Shown one piece after another: positions 27,024 to 36,185 of a DNA stretch of 64,000 bases. The notes below the pieces were generated by a model, which worked only from the letters and a program-made list of their open reading frames with translations, made no database searches and was not told where the DNA came from. Each line of letters opens with the position of its first letter. The stretch's first letter is position 1. This DNA is from Steroidobacteraceae bacterium. GTDB lineage: Bacteria > Pseudomonadota > Gammaproteobacteria > Steroidobacterales > Steroidobacteraceae. Both the position numbers and the translations under genes were made by a program. The stretch is taken from contig DATJSD010000065.1 in assembly GCA_035504335.1 (NCBI GenBank), forward strand, positions 76 through 64,075. Direction: 5' to 3'.

Positions 27024-28055
27024 TCAGCGCAGCAGCACCCGGTAGATCTCCCACAGGTCGTCGGCCAGCACCTTGGTGCCGTCGACCGCCGCACTCAGGC
27101 TCTCGGCCGTCGGTACGGTGTCCGCGGCGTTGCGGTACCTGGCCAGCTCGCGCAGCCGCTCGGAACGCTGCTTGATATCGCTCTGCAGTCGCTCGCGACC
27201 CTGCACCAGCACGCGGGCGGCGGCGATCTGCGCCATGGTGGCCTCGCACTGCACGCGATCACCATAGTCCTCCCGCGGCGGCTCGCGCAGCGAGGTCGCC
27301 TCGCGCGCCAGCTCCATCATCGGGGTGTGCTGCAGCCGCTCGAACAGCACCTGCCCATAGGCGATCGCGGCGATGTTGATGGCGCGGCGCGCGTCCAGCG
27401 ACAGCCCCGCGAATTCCGGCTGCGGCTCGCCGGCCACCCGCTCGCAGGCGGCGCGCGCGCCGTCCAGCTCCTGTATGCACAGCATCGACTGCAGGTTCGC
27501 GGCCTGCAGGCTGCGTCGCACCCGCCGGCGCGCAAAGTAATGCCAGAAGCGCTGCAGCCCCAGCAGCTGCTGCTCGTGCTGGGCGACCTGCGCGCGCGCC
27601 TCCGCGGCGCGCGCCTCCGCGTCGCGCAGCTCGCTCTCGACGCTCTGGCGGCGCGCGAACACACGGCGATTGTGCTCGGCGAAGAAGGCGCGCCGCTCGC
27701 GCGCCTCCTGCTGCGCGGCGAGCTCGGCCACGAACTGCGTGAGCACGCTGCGCCCCTGCGCCCACAGCTCGCGCAGCTGGTAGAACACCAGCGCCGGATA
27801 GCCGCTCTCGGGCAGCCCGAGGCGCGCCTCCAGGCCCTGCAGCATCTCCTGCACGCGCGCCGTGGCACCTTCCTGCTGCTTGACCCGCTCCTTGAGGCGG
27901 TGCACCTCGTCCTGCAGACCGCTGTAGGCCTTCTTGAGCTCGGCGCGGTTGCGGAACAGGTGCAGGACCCGGTCGTCGTCGATGCCTCTTCGAGGCGCGG
28001 CGCCGCCCAGGCGCAGGAAGCCCAGCTGTCGAATGAATTGTATGAGTGGCGCCAT
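27024..28055 (-). CDS. hypothetical protein, predicted coiled-coil
   Basis: 343 aa, no TM segment. Long charged heptad-like stretches (ELKKAYSGLQDEVHRLKERVKQQE..). No family recognised. Confidence 0.55.
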   Translation of the reverse strand: MAPLIQFIRQLGFLRLGGAAPRRGIDDDRVLHLFRNRAELKKAYSGLQDEVHRLKERVKQQEGATARVQEMLQGLEARLGLPESGYPALVFYQLRELWAQGRSVLTQFVAELAAQQEARERRAFFAEHNRRVFARRQSVESELRDAEARAAEARAQVAQHEQQLLGLQRFWHYFARRRVRRSLQAANLQSMLCIQELDGARAACERVAGEPQPEFAGLSLDARRAINIAAIAYGQVLFERLQHTPMMELAREATSLREPPREDYGDRVQCEATMAQIAAARVLVQGRERLQSDIKQRSERLRELARYRNAADTVPTAESLSAAVDGTKVLADDLWEIYRVLLR

Positions 28056-28112
28056 CCTGCACGCGGTGCCACCGACCGACCGGCCCGGATGGCCGCTCCC
28101 GGGGCGTCGGCG

Positions 28113-28589
28113 TCAATCGGGCGCTGCTGTCAGGAACCGGTGGCCCCGCTCCGCGCAGTATTCCAGCCACTTATTTAGCATCATGTTGCGCGCCCAACGC
28201 TGCTGCAGTTCACGTTCTGCCGGGCGCATCGTCCGGTACGGCGCGCCGCGCGCTGTCTGCGGCATCTCGACCTCCAGCAGCCGTGCATCGTGGTAGGCGC
28301 GCAGGCGCAGGTCCGGCAGCCGTTCCGGCGAGGGCACGCCGGGCGTGCCTGCGGCGGCCGGCAGCAGGTACGTCAGCGACAGACAGCTGGTGTAGCGCAT
28401 GTGATCGAGCACCGCCAGCTGCAGCACGCAATCGCCCGCGACGCGCGACCACAGCGTGCCGCACAGTCGCGCCGGATCGCCCGCCAGCTGCACGAAGCGC
28501 ACGTGATTGCTCTCGTAGAGACTCATCAGCGCGACGAAGGTTCGCGGCCGCGCACGCCAGGACACCCGGATGTTCGCATCACACAGCAT
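28113..28589 (-). CDS. DUF1249 (YqiB-like) protein
   Basis: ATG at 28589, in frame with track ORF 28113..28649. LYESNHVRFVQL and YHDARLLEV resemble the DUF1249 family. Its size of 158 aa fits. Confidence 0.6.
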   Translation of the reverse strand: MLCDANIRVSWRARPRTFVALMSLYESNHVRFVQLAGDPARLCGTLWSRVAGDCVLQLAVLDHMRYTSCLSLTYLLPAAAGTPGVPSPERLPDLRLRAYHDARLLEVEMPQTARGAPYRTMRPAERELQQRWARNMMLNKWLEYCAERGHRFLTAAPD

Positions 28590-28650
28590 GCGGGAACTAT
28601 AGCATGCATGGCGCGCCGCCCGCGCGCGCCCACGCGCCCCCGCGCCCACG

Positions 28651-28685
28651 CGCGCCTCGCATCAGCCACGCGCCTCGCATCAGCC
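28651..28685. repeat. 18-bp-period tandem duplication spanning the orn stop codon
   Basis: cgcgcctcgcatcagcc occurs at 28651-28667 and again at 28669-28685. The second copy contains the orn stop (28680-28682). Confidence 0.8.
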
Positions 28686-29225
28686 CGCGAGGAACATGTG
28701 CGTGCGGTAGTGACGCAGCTCGCTGATCGACTCCTCGATATCCGCCCGCGCCAGGTGCGCCGACTGCTTCTTGAAGCCGGACAGCACCGAGGGCATCCAG
28801 CGGCGCGCCAGCTCCTTGAGCGTGCTCACGTCGAGATTGCGGTAGTGGAAGAAGCGCTCGAGCTCGGGCATGAGGCGCGCGAGAAAACGCCGATCCTGGC
28901 AGATGCTGTTGCCGCACATCGGCGACAGTCCCGGGGGCACGTGCATGCTCAGAAACAGCAGCGTCTGGCGCTCGGCCTCCTGCAGCGTCATGCGGCTCGC
29001 GCGCACCCGCGCGATCAGGCCCGAATTCGAGTGCTGGCGCTGGTTCCACGCGTCCATGCGCGCGAGCACCTCCTCGGGCTGATGGATCACGATCTCCGGA
29101 CCCTCGGCGACGATGTTCAGGTTCTTGTCGGTCACCACCGTGGCGATCTCGATGATCTGATCGCTGTCCGGCAGCAGTCCGGTCATCTCCAGATCGATCC
29201 AGATGAGGTGCTCGTGATTCACCAT
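28680..29225 (-). CDS. orn: oligoribonuclease
   Basis: 181 aa. [11 protein letters not shown] (DEDD exonuclease motif I) and the H..DI.ES C-terminal motif. Confidence 0.92.
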   Translation of the reverse strand: MVNHEHLIWIDLEMTGLLPDSDQIIEIATVVTDKNLNIVAEGPEIVIHQPEEVLARMDAWNQRQHSNSGLIARVRASRMTLQEAERQTLLFLSMHVPPGLSPMCGNSICQDRRFLARLMPELERFFHYRNLDVSTLKELARRWMPSVLSGFKKQSAHLARADIEESISELRHYRTHMFLAG

Positions 29226-29442
29226 GCCATGGGATCCCGGACAGCGGCAGTTGAGCCATCATAGCAAGGATTGCCGGCGCGTTTGCCGCTCGGAGCCGCG
29301 GCGCGCTCCTACGAGAGCGCACCGCCGCGCAGCCTCGCGTGCCGTCGGGGGCGGCGCGTGCCGCGGCGCCGCCGTACGGGCTCGCGCGCGCCGGCGCGCG
29401 CGGTCACCGGTGCCGCCGTGCGAGCTCGCCGGTGCCGGCGCG

Positions 29443-30042
29443 TCAGCTCAGCGCCTGGCGGCCGGCCAGAGCGTGCGCGAGCGTACCGCCGTCGACATAT
29501 TCGAGCTCACCGCCGATCGGCACGCCATGCGCGATGCGGCTGGCGATGATGCCGCGTGCGCGCACCAGCTCGCACAGAAAGTGCGCCGTGGCCTCCCCCT
29601 CCACCGTGGGATTGGTCGCGAGAATGACCTCGCGAACCGAGCCGTCCGCGAGCTGCGCTTCCAGCTCGCGCACCCCGAGCTGCTCGGGCCCCACGCCATC
29701 GAGCGGCGAGAGATGACCCATCAGCACGAAATAGCGCCCGCGATAGCTCGCCGATTGCTCGATCGCGACCACATCGGCCGGCGACTCCACGATGCACAGC
29801 GTCGCGGCATCGCGCTGCGGCTGCGCGCAGATCGCGCACAGCGAGCCCTCGGTCAGCATGCGACAGCGGCTGCAGCGGCCGACGCGCTCGAGCGCCTGCG
29901 ACAGCGCCTGCACCAGGGCGCGGGCGCCCGGCCGGCCATCCTGCAGCAGGTGAAAGGCCATGCGCTGCGCTCCCTTCGGCCCGACTCCCGGCAGCGCGCG
30001 CAGCGCCTCGATCAGCATGCTCAACGCCGCGGAGTGCTTCAT
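29443..30042 (-). CDS. recR: recombination protein RecR
   Basis: 199 aa. [11 protein letters not shown] helix-hairpin-helix, C4 zinc finger CSRC..C..C, Toprim segment. Confidence 0.92.
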   Translation of the reverse strand: MKHSAALSMLIEALRALPGVGPKGAQRMAFHLLQDGRPGARALVQALSQALERVGRCSRCRMLTEGSLCAICAQPQRDAATLCIVESPADVVAIEQSASYRGRYFVLMGHLSPLDGVGPEQLGVRELEAQLADGSVREVILATNPTVEGEATAHFLCELVRARGIIASRIAHGVPIGGELEYVDGGTLAHALAGRQALS

Positions 30043-30058
30043 GGAGTCCGCTGGCCGC

Positions 30059-30379
30059 TCAGAACGGCAGCTTCATGCCCGGTGGCAACGACATGCCACC
30101 CATCAGCGAGGACATCTTCGCCTGCGTCGCGCTCTCCACCCGATGCACCGCATCGTTGACCGCCGCGGCGATCAGGTCCTCGAGCATCTCGCGATCCTCG
30201 CCGACGATCGATGGCTCGATCTGCACCCGCTTGACCTCGTGCCGTCCGGTCATCGTCACCTTGATCATGCCGCCGCCGGCCTCGCCGGTGACCTCGAGCG
30301 TGGCGATCTCCGCCTGTGCCTTCTGCAGGTTCGCCTGCAGCGCCTGTGCCTGTCGCATGAACTGGTTCATGTTCGCCAT
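30059..30379 (-). CDS. ybaB: YbaB/EbfC nucleoid-associated protein
   Basis: 106 aa, [26 protein letters not shown]. Conserved position between dnaX and recR. Confidence 0.9.
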   Translation of the reverse strand: MANMNQFMRQAQALQANLQKAQAEIATLEVTGEAGGGMIKVTMTGRHEVKRVQIEPSIVGEDREMLEDLIAAAVNDAVHRVESATQAKMSSLMGGMSLPPGMKLPF

Positions 30380-30394
30380 CGGGCCATCCCTCCA

Positions 30395-32074
30395 TCACTC
30401 GTTCGGTTCCAGCGGTCGCACCGAATCGGGCACGACGCTCGCGCCGAAGCGCTCCTTGAAGGCCGCCACCGTCGGATCGGCGTCGAACAGCGCGCGCGCC
30501 TGCGCGGCGCGCGCCGCTGCGCCTCTCTCGCGCGCGCCGGCCAGCGTCTGCGGCTGACCCTCGAGCATCTCGAACTGCAGGCGCACCGGGCCGCCAAAGT
30601 GCCGCGCCAGCGCCTGGGTGAGCTTGTCCTCCAGCGTCGCGGTACGCAGCGACGCGCGCCGCGCATCCAGCGCCAGGCGCACCGTGGCCCCTTCCCGTCC
30701 GAGCAGCACGCAATTTTCCGCCAGCTGTCGCGGCATGCCCTGCTCGAGCTGCGCGACGATCGCGGTCCACTCCTCCGGAACCGCCGGAACCGCCGGCACC
30801 GCCGGCGCCGCCGCGGCGGCAGCCTCCGCGGCCGCATCGGGCACGGAGCTGGCCGCCGCCAGCGCGGCTCCGGGCGCCAGCGCAGCTCCTGCCGGCACCG
30901 CAGCTTCGGCCGGCACCGCAGCTTCGGCCGGCAGCGCAGCTTCGGCCGGCAGCACAGCTTCGGCCGGCAGCGCGCCGGCTCCGGCGCCGGGAGGCCGGAA
31001 GGCGAGCATGCGGATCAGGCACATGCGAAAACCGGTACGCGCATCGGGCGCGAGCGCCAGGTCGCGCCGCCCGAGGATTGCGGTCTGATAGAACAGCTGC
31101 ACGTCCTCCGCACCCATCTGTCGCGCGAGCCGCTCGAGCAGCTGCGCATCGTGCAGCTCGTCGCCCTCGTAGGCGCTCAGCAGCTGCTTGAGCGCCACCC
31201 GCTCGAGCAGCGCAGCGAGCTGCTGCAGCAGCTGCGCGTAGTCGGGCGAGCGCTCCTCGAGCCGCTGCGCGTAGTCGAGCAGCGCGGCGGCGTCGGCGCG
31301 CGCCAGCAGCTCCGCCAGTCGCACCGCGTGCTCGCGCTCCAAGGTGCCGAGCATGGCGCGCGCGTCCGCCTCCAGCGCGCGCCCGTTCCCGTAGGCGAGC
31401 AGCTGATCCAGCAGCGACAGCGCATCGCGCAGGCTGCCGTCGCCCGCCTGCGCCACCAGCTGCACCGCCGCCGGCTCGTAGCCGATGTTCTCGGCCTGCA
31501 GGATGTGCGCGAGCCGCGCCGCGATCAGCGCCAGCGGCAGCGGCTTGAGGTTGAACTGCAGGCAGCGCGACAGCACCGTGACCGGCAGCTTCTGCGGGTC
31601 GGTCGTGGCCAGCAGGAACTTCACGTGCGGCGGCGGCTCCTCCAGTGTCTTCAGCAGCGCGTTGAAGGAGTGCGCCGAGAGCATGTGCACCTCGTCGATG
31701 AGGTAGATCTTGTAGCGGCTGCGCGTGGGCGCGTACTGCACGTTGTCCAGCAGCTCGCGCGTGTCGTCCACGCGCGTGCGCGAGGCCGCATCGACCTCGA
31801 TCAGGTCGACGCTGCGCCCCGCGTCGATCTCGCGGCAGCTGGCGCACTCCCCGCACGGCTCCGGGCCCTCGCCGCGCTCGCAGTTGAGGCACTTGGCGAG
31901 AATGCGCGCGACCGTGGTCTTGCCCACGCCGCGGGTCCCGGCGAACAAAAACGCGTGATGCACGCGGCCGCTCTGCAGGGCGTTGACCAGCGCGCGCAGC
32001 ACGTGCTCCTGGCCGGTCATCTCGGCGAAGCGGCGCGGCCGCCAAGTGCGGGCCAGTGCGGTGTAGGCGCTCAT
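30395..32074 (-). CDS. dnaX: DNA polymerase III subunits gamma/tau
   Basis: 559 aa. AAA+ clamp-loader motifs GTRGVGKTT, zinc module C..C..C..C, DEVHML, SRC. Confidence 0.92.
   Translation of the reverse strand: MSAYTALARTWRPRRFAEMTGQEHVLRALVNALQSGRVHHAFLFAGTRGVGKTTVARILAKCLNCERGEGPEPCGECASCREIDAGRSVDLIEVDAASRTRVDDTRELLDNVQYAPTRSRYKIYLIDEVHMLSAHSFNALLKTLEEPPPHVKFLLATTDPQKLPVTVLSRCLQFNLKPLPLALIAARLAHILQAENIGYEPAAVQLVAQAGDGSLRDALSLLDQLLAYGNGRALEADARAMLGTLEREHAVRLAELLARADAAALLDYAQRLEERSPDYAQLLQQLAALLERVALKQLLSAYEGDELHDAQLLERLARQMGAEDVQLFYQTAILGRRDLALAPDARTGFRMCLIRMLAFRPPGAGAGALPAEAVLPAEAALPAEAAVPAEAAVPAGAALAPGAALAAASSVPDAAAEAAAAAAPAVPAVPAVPEEWTAIVAQLEQGMPRQLAENCVLLGREGATVRLALDARRASLRTATLEDKLTQALARHFGGPVRLQFEMLEGQPQTLAGARERGAAARAAQARALFDADPTVAAFKERFGASVVPDSVRPLEPNE
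30883..30972. repeat. 18-bp in-frame tandem repeat (5 copies) inside dnaX
   Basis: cagcttcggccggca(c/g)c(g/a) units at 30883, 30901, 30919, 30937 and 30955. They encode the (P)AEAxxP hexapeptide array. Confidence 0.9.
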
Positions 32075-32186
32075 CGGATCGGCAATTGTCGCATCGGTGC
32101 CGGTGTGTTGGGGGGATTCGTCAGCGCCGCCGGCTGCGGCGGCTGCGAGCCGCGCCCCGGGCCTGCCGCCCGGCAGGGCACCGGGA

Positions 32187-32299
32187 GGTGATCCGCACCA
32201 GTGCGAGCTTCGGCACCCGACCGTTCCGTTACCGCTGCTCCCTTCCGGGCCTGACGGGGTTCACGGTAGGTCGTCGCGAAGGTACCGGCGCGGACCACC
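32187..32299 (-). ncRNA. ffs: signal recognition particle RNA (4.5S, small bacterial type)
   Basis: The minus strand reads ..GUCAGGCCCGGAAGGGAGCAGC.., matching the conserved domain IV CAGGUCCGGAAGGAAGCAGC with its GGAA tetraloop. The 5' GGUGGUCCGCGCC and 3' GGUGCGGAUCACC ends pair. It sits in the canonical position upstream of dnaX. End coordinates are approximate. Confidence 0.85.
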
Positions 32300-32442
32300 A
32301 TAGACCTGGGGCGGATCGGGGACCTGCGGCGCGGGGACTTTCCGACCCCGGCGGCGCATCCGGCGACCGCCCGGTGCCGCTGAGTCGGCGCGAGCATCCT
32401 ACCACATCGGGTACCCGCCAACCGCCGCGCACCAACGGGCAA

Positions 32443-33438
32443 TCAGTGCGCCGGATTGCAGGTCGGCGTCCCGCAGGCATCCGGCACTTCGACCTGCACC
32501 GTCGTGTGCTCCACGTGCAGCCGCTCGCGCAGCCGCTCATGGATCTGCTTCGGGACGCCATGGCCATCGACGCCGGGAGCCATGCTCGCGTGCAGCGTCA
32601 CGGTGGGCAGCTCGCCGGTCATCGACCACACGTGGATGTCGTGGACCTCGATGAGTCCCGGAACGTGACCGATCAGCTCGGCTTCGATGCGCCTGACATC
32701 GAACCCGGCCGGCACGCTCTGCAGCAGCACGTTGGCGGATTCGCGGGTGAGGACCCAGGCCGAACGCAGCACCAGCGCCGCCACCAGCAGCGACAGCAGA
32801 GGATCGGCGAGGCGCCATCCCCTGAGGAGGATCAGCAGTGCGGCAACGCTCGCCGCTCCCGAGCCGAGCAGATCGCTCAGCACATGTGCGCGTGCCCCGC
32901 GCTCATTGAGCGAGCGCGCACCGGAGAGCGCGAGAAAGGCCGTCAGGTTGGCGAGCCCACCGGCCAGCGCGACGCCCAGCATCCATCGGCCGTCGACCGC
33001 GGGCACGTGAACCAGGCGCCGGACCGCCTCGTACACGACCCAGGCGGTCAGTATCAGCAGCGCCTGCCCATTCACGAAGGCCGCGAGCGGCTGGTAGCGT
33101 CTGTGGCCGTAGGTGCGCCGCTCATCGGGCGGGCGGCGACCCCAGCGGATCGCCACGACGGCCAGCGCCAGCGCGGCGCAATCCGCCAGCATATGGGCCG
33201 CTTCCGCCAGCAGCGCGATCGAGTTCGCGAGGCAGGCGCCGACGGCCTCGACCACCGTGAAGGTTGCGAGAATCGCCAGCGCGACCAGCAGCCGACGCTC
33301 CCCGCCATCGCCCGCGTCATGAGCGCTCGTGGCATGAGCGCCGTGCGCATGGGCGCCGTGCGCATGGGCGGGCCTTTCTTTCCTTCTCTGGACGGGTCCT
33401 TCTCTGGACTGGCGGAGAGGGCGGGATTCGAACTGCAA
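32443..33438 (-). CDS. cation diffusion facilitator (CzcD/ZitB-like) metal exporter
   Basis: 331 aa. His-rich N-terminus (HAHGAHAHGAH), TM1/TM2 motif NSIALLAEAAHMLAD, C-terminal cytoplasmic domain. The only ATG/GTG/TTG start upstream of TM1 is the TTG at 33438. Codons 3-10 are encoded by the tRNA-Ser 3' fragment. Confidence 0.8.
   Translation of the reverse strand: MQFESRPLRQSREGPVQRRKERPAHAHGAHAHGAHATSAHDAGDGGERRLLVALAILATFTVVEAVGACLANSIALLAEAAHMLADCAALALAVVAIRWGRRPPDERRTYGHRRYQPLAAFVNGQALLILTAWVVYEAVRRLVHVPAVDGRWMLGVALAGGLANLTAFLALSGARSLNERGARAHVLSDLLGSGAASVAALLILLRGWRLADPLLSLLVAALVLRSAWVLTRESANVLLQSVPAGFDVRRIEAELIGHVPGLIEVHDIHVWSMTGELPTVTLHASMAPGVDGHGVPKQIHERLRERLHVEHTTVQVEVPDACGTPTCNPAH
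33410..33433 (-). other. 24-nt duplicate of the tRNA-Ser 3' end (att-like direct repeat)
   Basis: tggcggagagggCgggattcgaac matches 35986-36009 (tggcggagagggTgggattcgaac) at 23 of 24 nt, in the same orientation. There is no T-stem partner or anticodon arm, so it is not a functional tRNA. Confidence 0.8.
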
Positions 33439-33630
33439 GCGAATTCAGGCCTCACTCCCTGCTCGTGCGTAAATCCGCCCACGCACGACGGGTCGATTAT
33501 AGTCGCTGCTGCACCGCAGCATTGGCTTTCAGCTGGCGAGCTCGCGAACCCGCTGCTCGGCGGCCGCTCCGTCCTTCATCGGCTCATCCACGACGAAGCG
33601 GAAGCGCACTGCCGGATCCTTCAGGGCATC

Positions 33631-34014
33631 TCACTCCTCCGTGAAGGAATATGCTGCCAGCTTGTTGCCATCCAGATCTCGCACATAGGCGGCAAAGGCG
33701 TTAGGCGCCCAGGAGCGCGGACCTACTGCGCCCTCGTCTTTGGCTCCGGCCGCCAAAGCAGCCTCGTGGAAAGCCGCCACCGCGGCCCGGTTCGGCGCCG
33801 CGAAACTGATGGTGCCGCCGTTCGCGTGCGTCGCTGGCCCACCGTCCGCCGGCTTGAGCACGAAGAACTCCGGGCCGCCCTGGCCCCAGATCGAACCGTT
33901 GTCTCCGAGATCCTTCACCCGGCTGATCCCCAGGGGAGCCAGTATTCGATCGTAGAAAGTGCGCGCCCGACCCAGATCGTTCGTACCTACCGTTACGTGC
34001 GTGAAAATAGGCAT
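33631..34014 (-). CDS. VOC/glyoxalase family protein
   Basis: ATG at 34014 preceded by AGGAGA. MPIFTHVTVGTNDLGRARTFYD..YVRDLDGNKL is typical of small VOC proteins. Confidence 0.8.
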   Translation of the reverse strand: MPIFTHVTVGTNDLGRARTFYDRILAPLGISRVKDLGDNGSIWGQGGPEFFVLKPADGGPATHANGGTISFAAPNRAAVAAFHEAALAAGAKDEGAVGPRSWAPNAFAAYVRDLDGNKLAAYSFTEE

Positions 34015-34036
34015 GGATGTCTCCTGCATACTCGAC

Positions 34037-34456
34037 TTATTTCTGAGCAAAGGCCCAAACGTTTCCGAAGGGATCCACGACCATTCGTGCCTGCTTGCCT
34101 CCATAGGAAGGCGCAAGGGCCGCATCCGGGTGAAACCTGCCGCCAGCTTGAATCACCCGCTGGGCCAGCTGCGCCGGGTCTGCCACGTAAACAATGAGCC
34201 CCAAAAATGGCGCGTCCAGGTCCTTGGCGAGAGAGGCAAGACTCATGGAATCTTCTTCTTCTCCCTTGGGAGTAATCGTCAACCCCAGGCCGCCTATGTC
34301 GATTCCGAGCTTTAGAAGCAGCCCTTCGGGCGACGACAGACGAAACACTTCCTGCGCCTGCAGCGCTTGCCCGTAAAACCTCGCCGCATCATCGATACTG
34401 GGGACCTCGATGTGTACGCGCCGCTCCGGTCCCAGGCCTGTCATATCTATCAACAT
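34037..34456 (-). CDS. VOC/glyoxalase-like protein
   Basis: ATG at 34456 (alternative 34444). HIEVPSIDDAARFYGQAL..MVVDPFGNVWAF is VOC-like. Confidence 0.65.
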   Translation of the reverse strand: MLIDMTGLGPERRVHIEVPSIDDAARFYGQALQAQEVFRLSSPEGLLLKLGIDIGGLGLTITPKGEEEDSMSLASLAKDLDAPFLGLIVYVADPAQLAQRVIQAGGRFHPDAALAPSYGGKQARMVVDPFGNVWAFAQK

Positions 34457-34647
34457 GCCTTTTGTCCCGATCTGGCTACCACGGTGCGTCAGGAGGGCGG
34501 TTGGAGCCAATCCCGCTCGCTGCATCTGTAATGTTATATTATTACATTCTCCGCCGGCAAATAAGCCGCCGGCGCGCAGACCCTCATACTGCCGGCAATG
34601 ATGTCGGAGCAACCAATACCTCAAGGGCCACTGAAGAAGGGGACGTT

Positions 34648-35253
34648 ATGATCAAGTTGATCACTGGACTCGCGATCGCGACCGGCACCGCCTTGTCCTT
34701 GTCAGCGTTCGGACAGGCTCCGCCCGCGGCCGCCACCGGCCCCGTCGATCAGGCTGCCGTGGAGCAGAACAAGACGATGGCCCAGGAGCTCTTCAGCGTA
34801 TCGATGGCTCAGAGGGTAGCGGTGTTGGCAAAGCTGGAGTCGCCCGATTTTGTCGATCACAATCCGATGTTCGCGCTCTTCGACAAACTCAATAATGTAA
34901 GCGGCAGCGCCGGCTTGCGATTGTTCTTCGCAACGATGCGGAAGCTCAATGCCGGCGGCACGGCGCGTCGGGGAGCCGCCCGCGGACCGGCATCGCCCGC
35001 CGGCAACGCGCTCTACCAAGTGATGGCGCGCCCGGACTTCTTCATGGTGATTCACGAGCAGTATCGGCCAGAACCCTCGAACCCCGGGAAGTTTTACGCG
35101 GTGTACACATTCGATGCGTTCAGGGTTGCGAATGGAATGCTCACCGAGCACTGGGACGGCGCCACGTTGCCCTCGCCCCTGCCGATTTACCTGCGCGTGC
35201 CGGCAGACAAGCTGCAGCCCGGTAGAAGCCCGGCGCCCGCCCATGCGGGTTGA
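34648..35253 (+). CDS. exported SnoaL-like / NTF2-fold (ester cyclase-like) protein
   Basis: ATG at 34648 after GAAGGGGA. Signal peptide MIKLITGLAIATGTALSLSAFGQA. NKTMAQELF..SPDFVDHNP..FRVANGMLTEHWD resembles predicted ester cyclases. Confidence 0.55.
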   Translation: MIKLITGLAIATGTALSLSAFGQAPPAAATGPVDQAAVEQNKTMAQELFSVSMAQRVAVLAKLESPDFVDHNPMFALFDKLNNVSGSAGLRLFFATMRKLNAGGTARRGAARGPASPAGNALYQVMARPDFFMVIHEQYRPEPSNPGKFYAVYTFDAFRVANGMLTEHWDGATLPSPLPIYLRVPADKLQPGRSPAPAHAG

Positions 35254-35365
35254 CCTGCACGGATCTGCGCCACTTCCGAGGCGACGACGGCGTCTTCTAT
35301 GCGAATGGATAACGAAGGTTCGCCTATAATGGCTGTTGGCGACCACGCTTGGCCTCGCCGATACC

Positions 35366-35848
35366 ATGACAACCACACGGAAAAAGTCCGCAGCTCATAA
35401 CCACGCGCATTGCGTCTCACGCGCCTTGGCTACCGCGGAAACGGTCTGCGCAGAGAAACAAGCGCAGTTCACGCCGCTTCGTCGGCGCGTCCTGGAGATC
35501 GTCTGGAGACAGCACGAGCCAATCGGGGCATACGAGATTCTTGCCGAACTGGCCAAGGACCGCGAAAAGGCGGCTCCTCCCTCGGTCTATCGAGCGCTCG
35601 ACTTCTTGCGGGACGTCGGCCTGGTCCATCGACTGGATTCGTTGAATGCGTTCCTGGGTTGCGACCACCCGCAGACCGACCATAGTGAGCAATTCCTCGT
35701 CTGCGGACGGTGCCACCGGGTCGCGGAGATCGCGGACTCCGTGTTGACTCGCTCGATCCTCGGTCGGATGCGCGCACTCGGCTTCCAGCCCGGGCAATCC
35801 CGGGTCGAAATCAAGGCGATCTGCTCACGCTGCGCCGCCGCTCACTGA
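35366..35848 (+). CDS. zur: Fur family regulator, Zur-like
   Basis: ATG at 35366. RRRVLEIVW..PIGAYEI.., SVYRALDFL, C..C ... C..C metal sites (LVCGRCHRV, ICSRC). Confidence 0.8.
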   Translation: MTTTRKKSAAHNHAHCVSRALATAETVCAEKQAQFTPLRRRVLEIVWRQHEPIGAYEILAELAKDREKAAPPSVYRALDFLRDVGLVHRLDSLNAFLGCDHPQTDHSEQFLVCGRCHRVAEIADSVLTRSILGRMRALGFQPGQSRVEIKAICSRCAAAH

Positions 35849-35885
35849 GTCCGACGTCGGCGGCACGACATCCGAGCTGCCGCTC

Positions 35886-35905
35886 GATGGCATCCGGGTG
35901 CCATC
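35886..35905 (+). terminator. hairpin downstream of zur (weak terminator candidate)
   Basis: gatggca-tccggg-tgccatc followed by gtctcgattcgtt. 7-bp stem and a poor T tract. Confidence 0.3.
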
Positions 35906-35985
35906 GTCTCGATTCGTTGAGGCAGGTGGATGCGACAGACCGGCGCATCGGATGATGAAAGTCACGCAACCCCCGGTTCGAGAGT

Positions 35986-36077
35986 TGGCGGAGAGGGTGG
36001 GATTCGAACCCACGAACACCCGTGAAGATGTTACTGGAATTCCAGTCCAGCGCCTTCGACCGCTCGGCCACCTCTCC
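35986..36077 (-). tRNA. tRNA-Ser (anticodon GGA)
   Basis: The hand-folded reverse complement is GGAGAGG..CCTCTCC-G-CCA. Anticodon stem CTGGA/TCCAG with loop CTGGAAT, long variable arm, T-loop GGTTCGAATCC, encoded CCA. Confidence 0.92.
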
Positions 36078-36125
36078 TCTAAACAACTATGTAAATACAA
36101 TATCTTATAAATACGACTGAATCCT
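36078..36125 (-). promoter_or_regulatory. AT-rich stretch immediately upstream of tRNA-Ser (probable promoter region)
   Basis: tctaaacaactatgtaaatacaatatcttataaatacgactgaatcc is very AT-rich for this genome. TTTACA- and TATAAG-like hexamers lie on the minus strand. The exact boxes are not resolved. Confidence 0.3.
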
Positions 36126-36185
36126 CATGACCACGATATGCGCGCCCGTGCGCCGTGGCCATGGGCCATCCCGGCGCCGCGGATT

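Larger units (their letters stand above)
33410..36009. mobile_element. putative degenerate genomic islet integrated at tRNA-Ser(GGA), no integrase present
   Basis: Bracketed by the intact tRNA 3' end and its 24-nt direct copy. The interior is visibly less GC-rich (a hand count of 34001-34130 gives about 55 percent). Cargo is two VOC genes, a SnoaL-like gene and zur. Confidence 0.4.

Noticed and set aside
30883-30972. CRISPR-like array (this and the other tandem repeats in the window)
   Set aside because: The repeats are directly abutting with no spacers. Units are 9-21 bp, and all genic ones lie in frame within coding sequences. These are not CRISPR arrays.
30395-32074. Programmed -1 frameshift site in dnaX (A AAA AAG type)
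   Set aside because: I found no A-rich slippery heptamer on the coding strand. The only A/T run (near 31945) lies in the N-terminal ATPase region. Gamma/tau production by frameshifting cannot be supported from the sequence.
29960-32191. 743-aa plus-strand ORF
   Set aside because: It is antisense to recR, ybaB, dnaX and the SRP RNA, all of which are strongly supported. This is a high-GC artefact.
33410-33433. Possible second tRNA gene
   Set aside because: Only the acceptor 3' strand and T-loop are present. There is no complementary T-stem strand, anticodon arm or 5' acceptor strand. It is treated as an att-like fragment.
33529-33630. 33-codon in-frame continuation after the VOC stop codon (DALKDPAVRFRFVVDEPMKDGAAAEQRVRELAS)
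   Set aside because: It is too short and has no independent start with an RBS. It could be a gene remnant or a readthrough tail, but it is not reportable as a gene.
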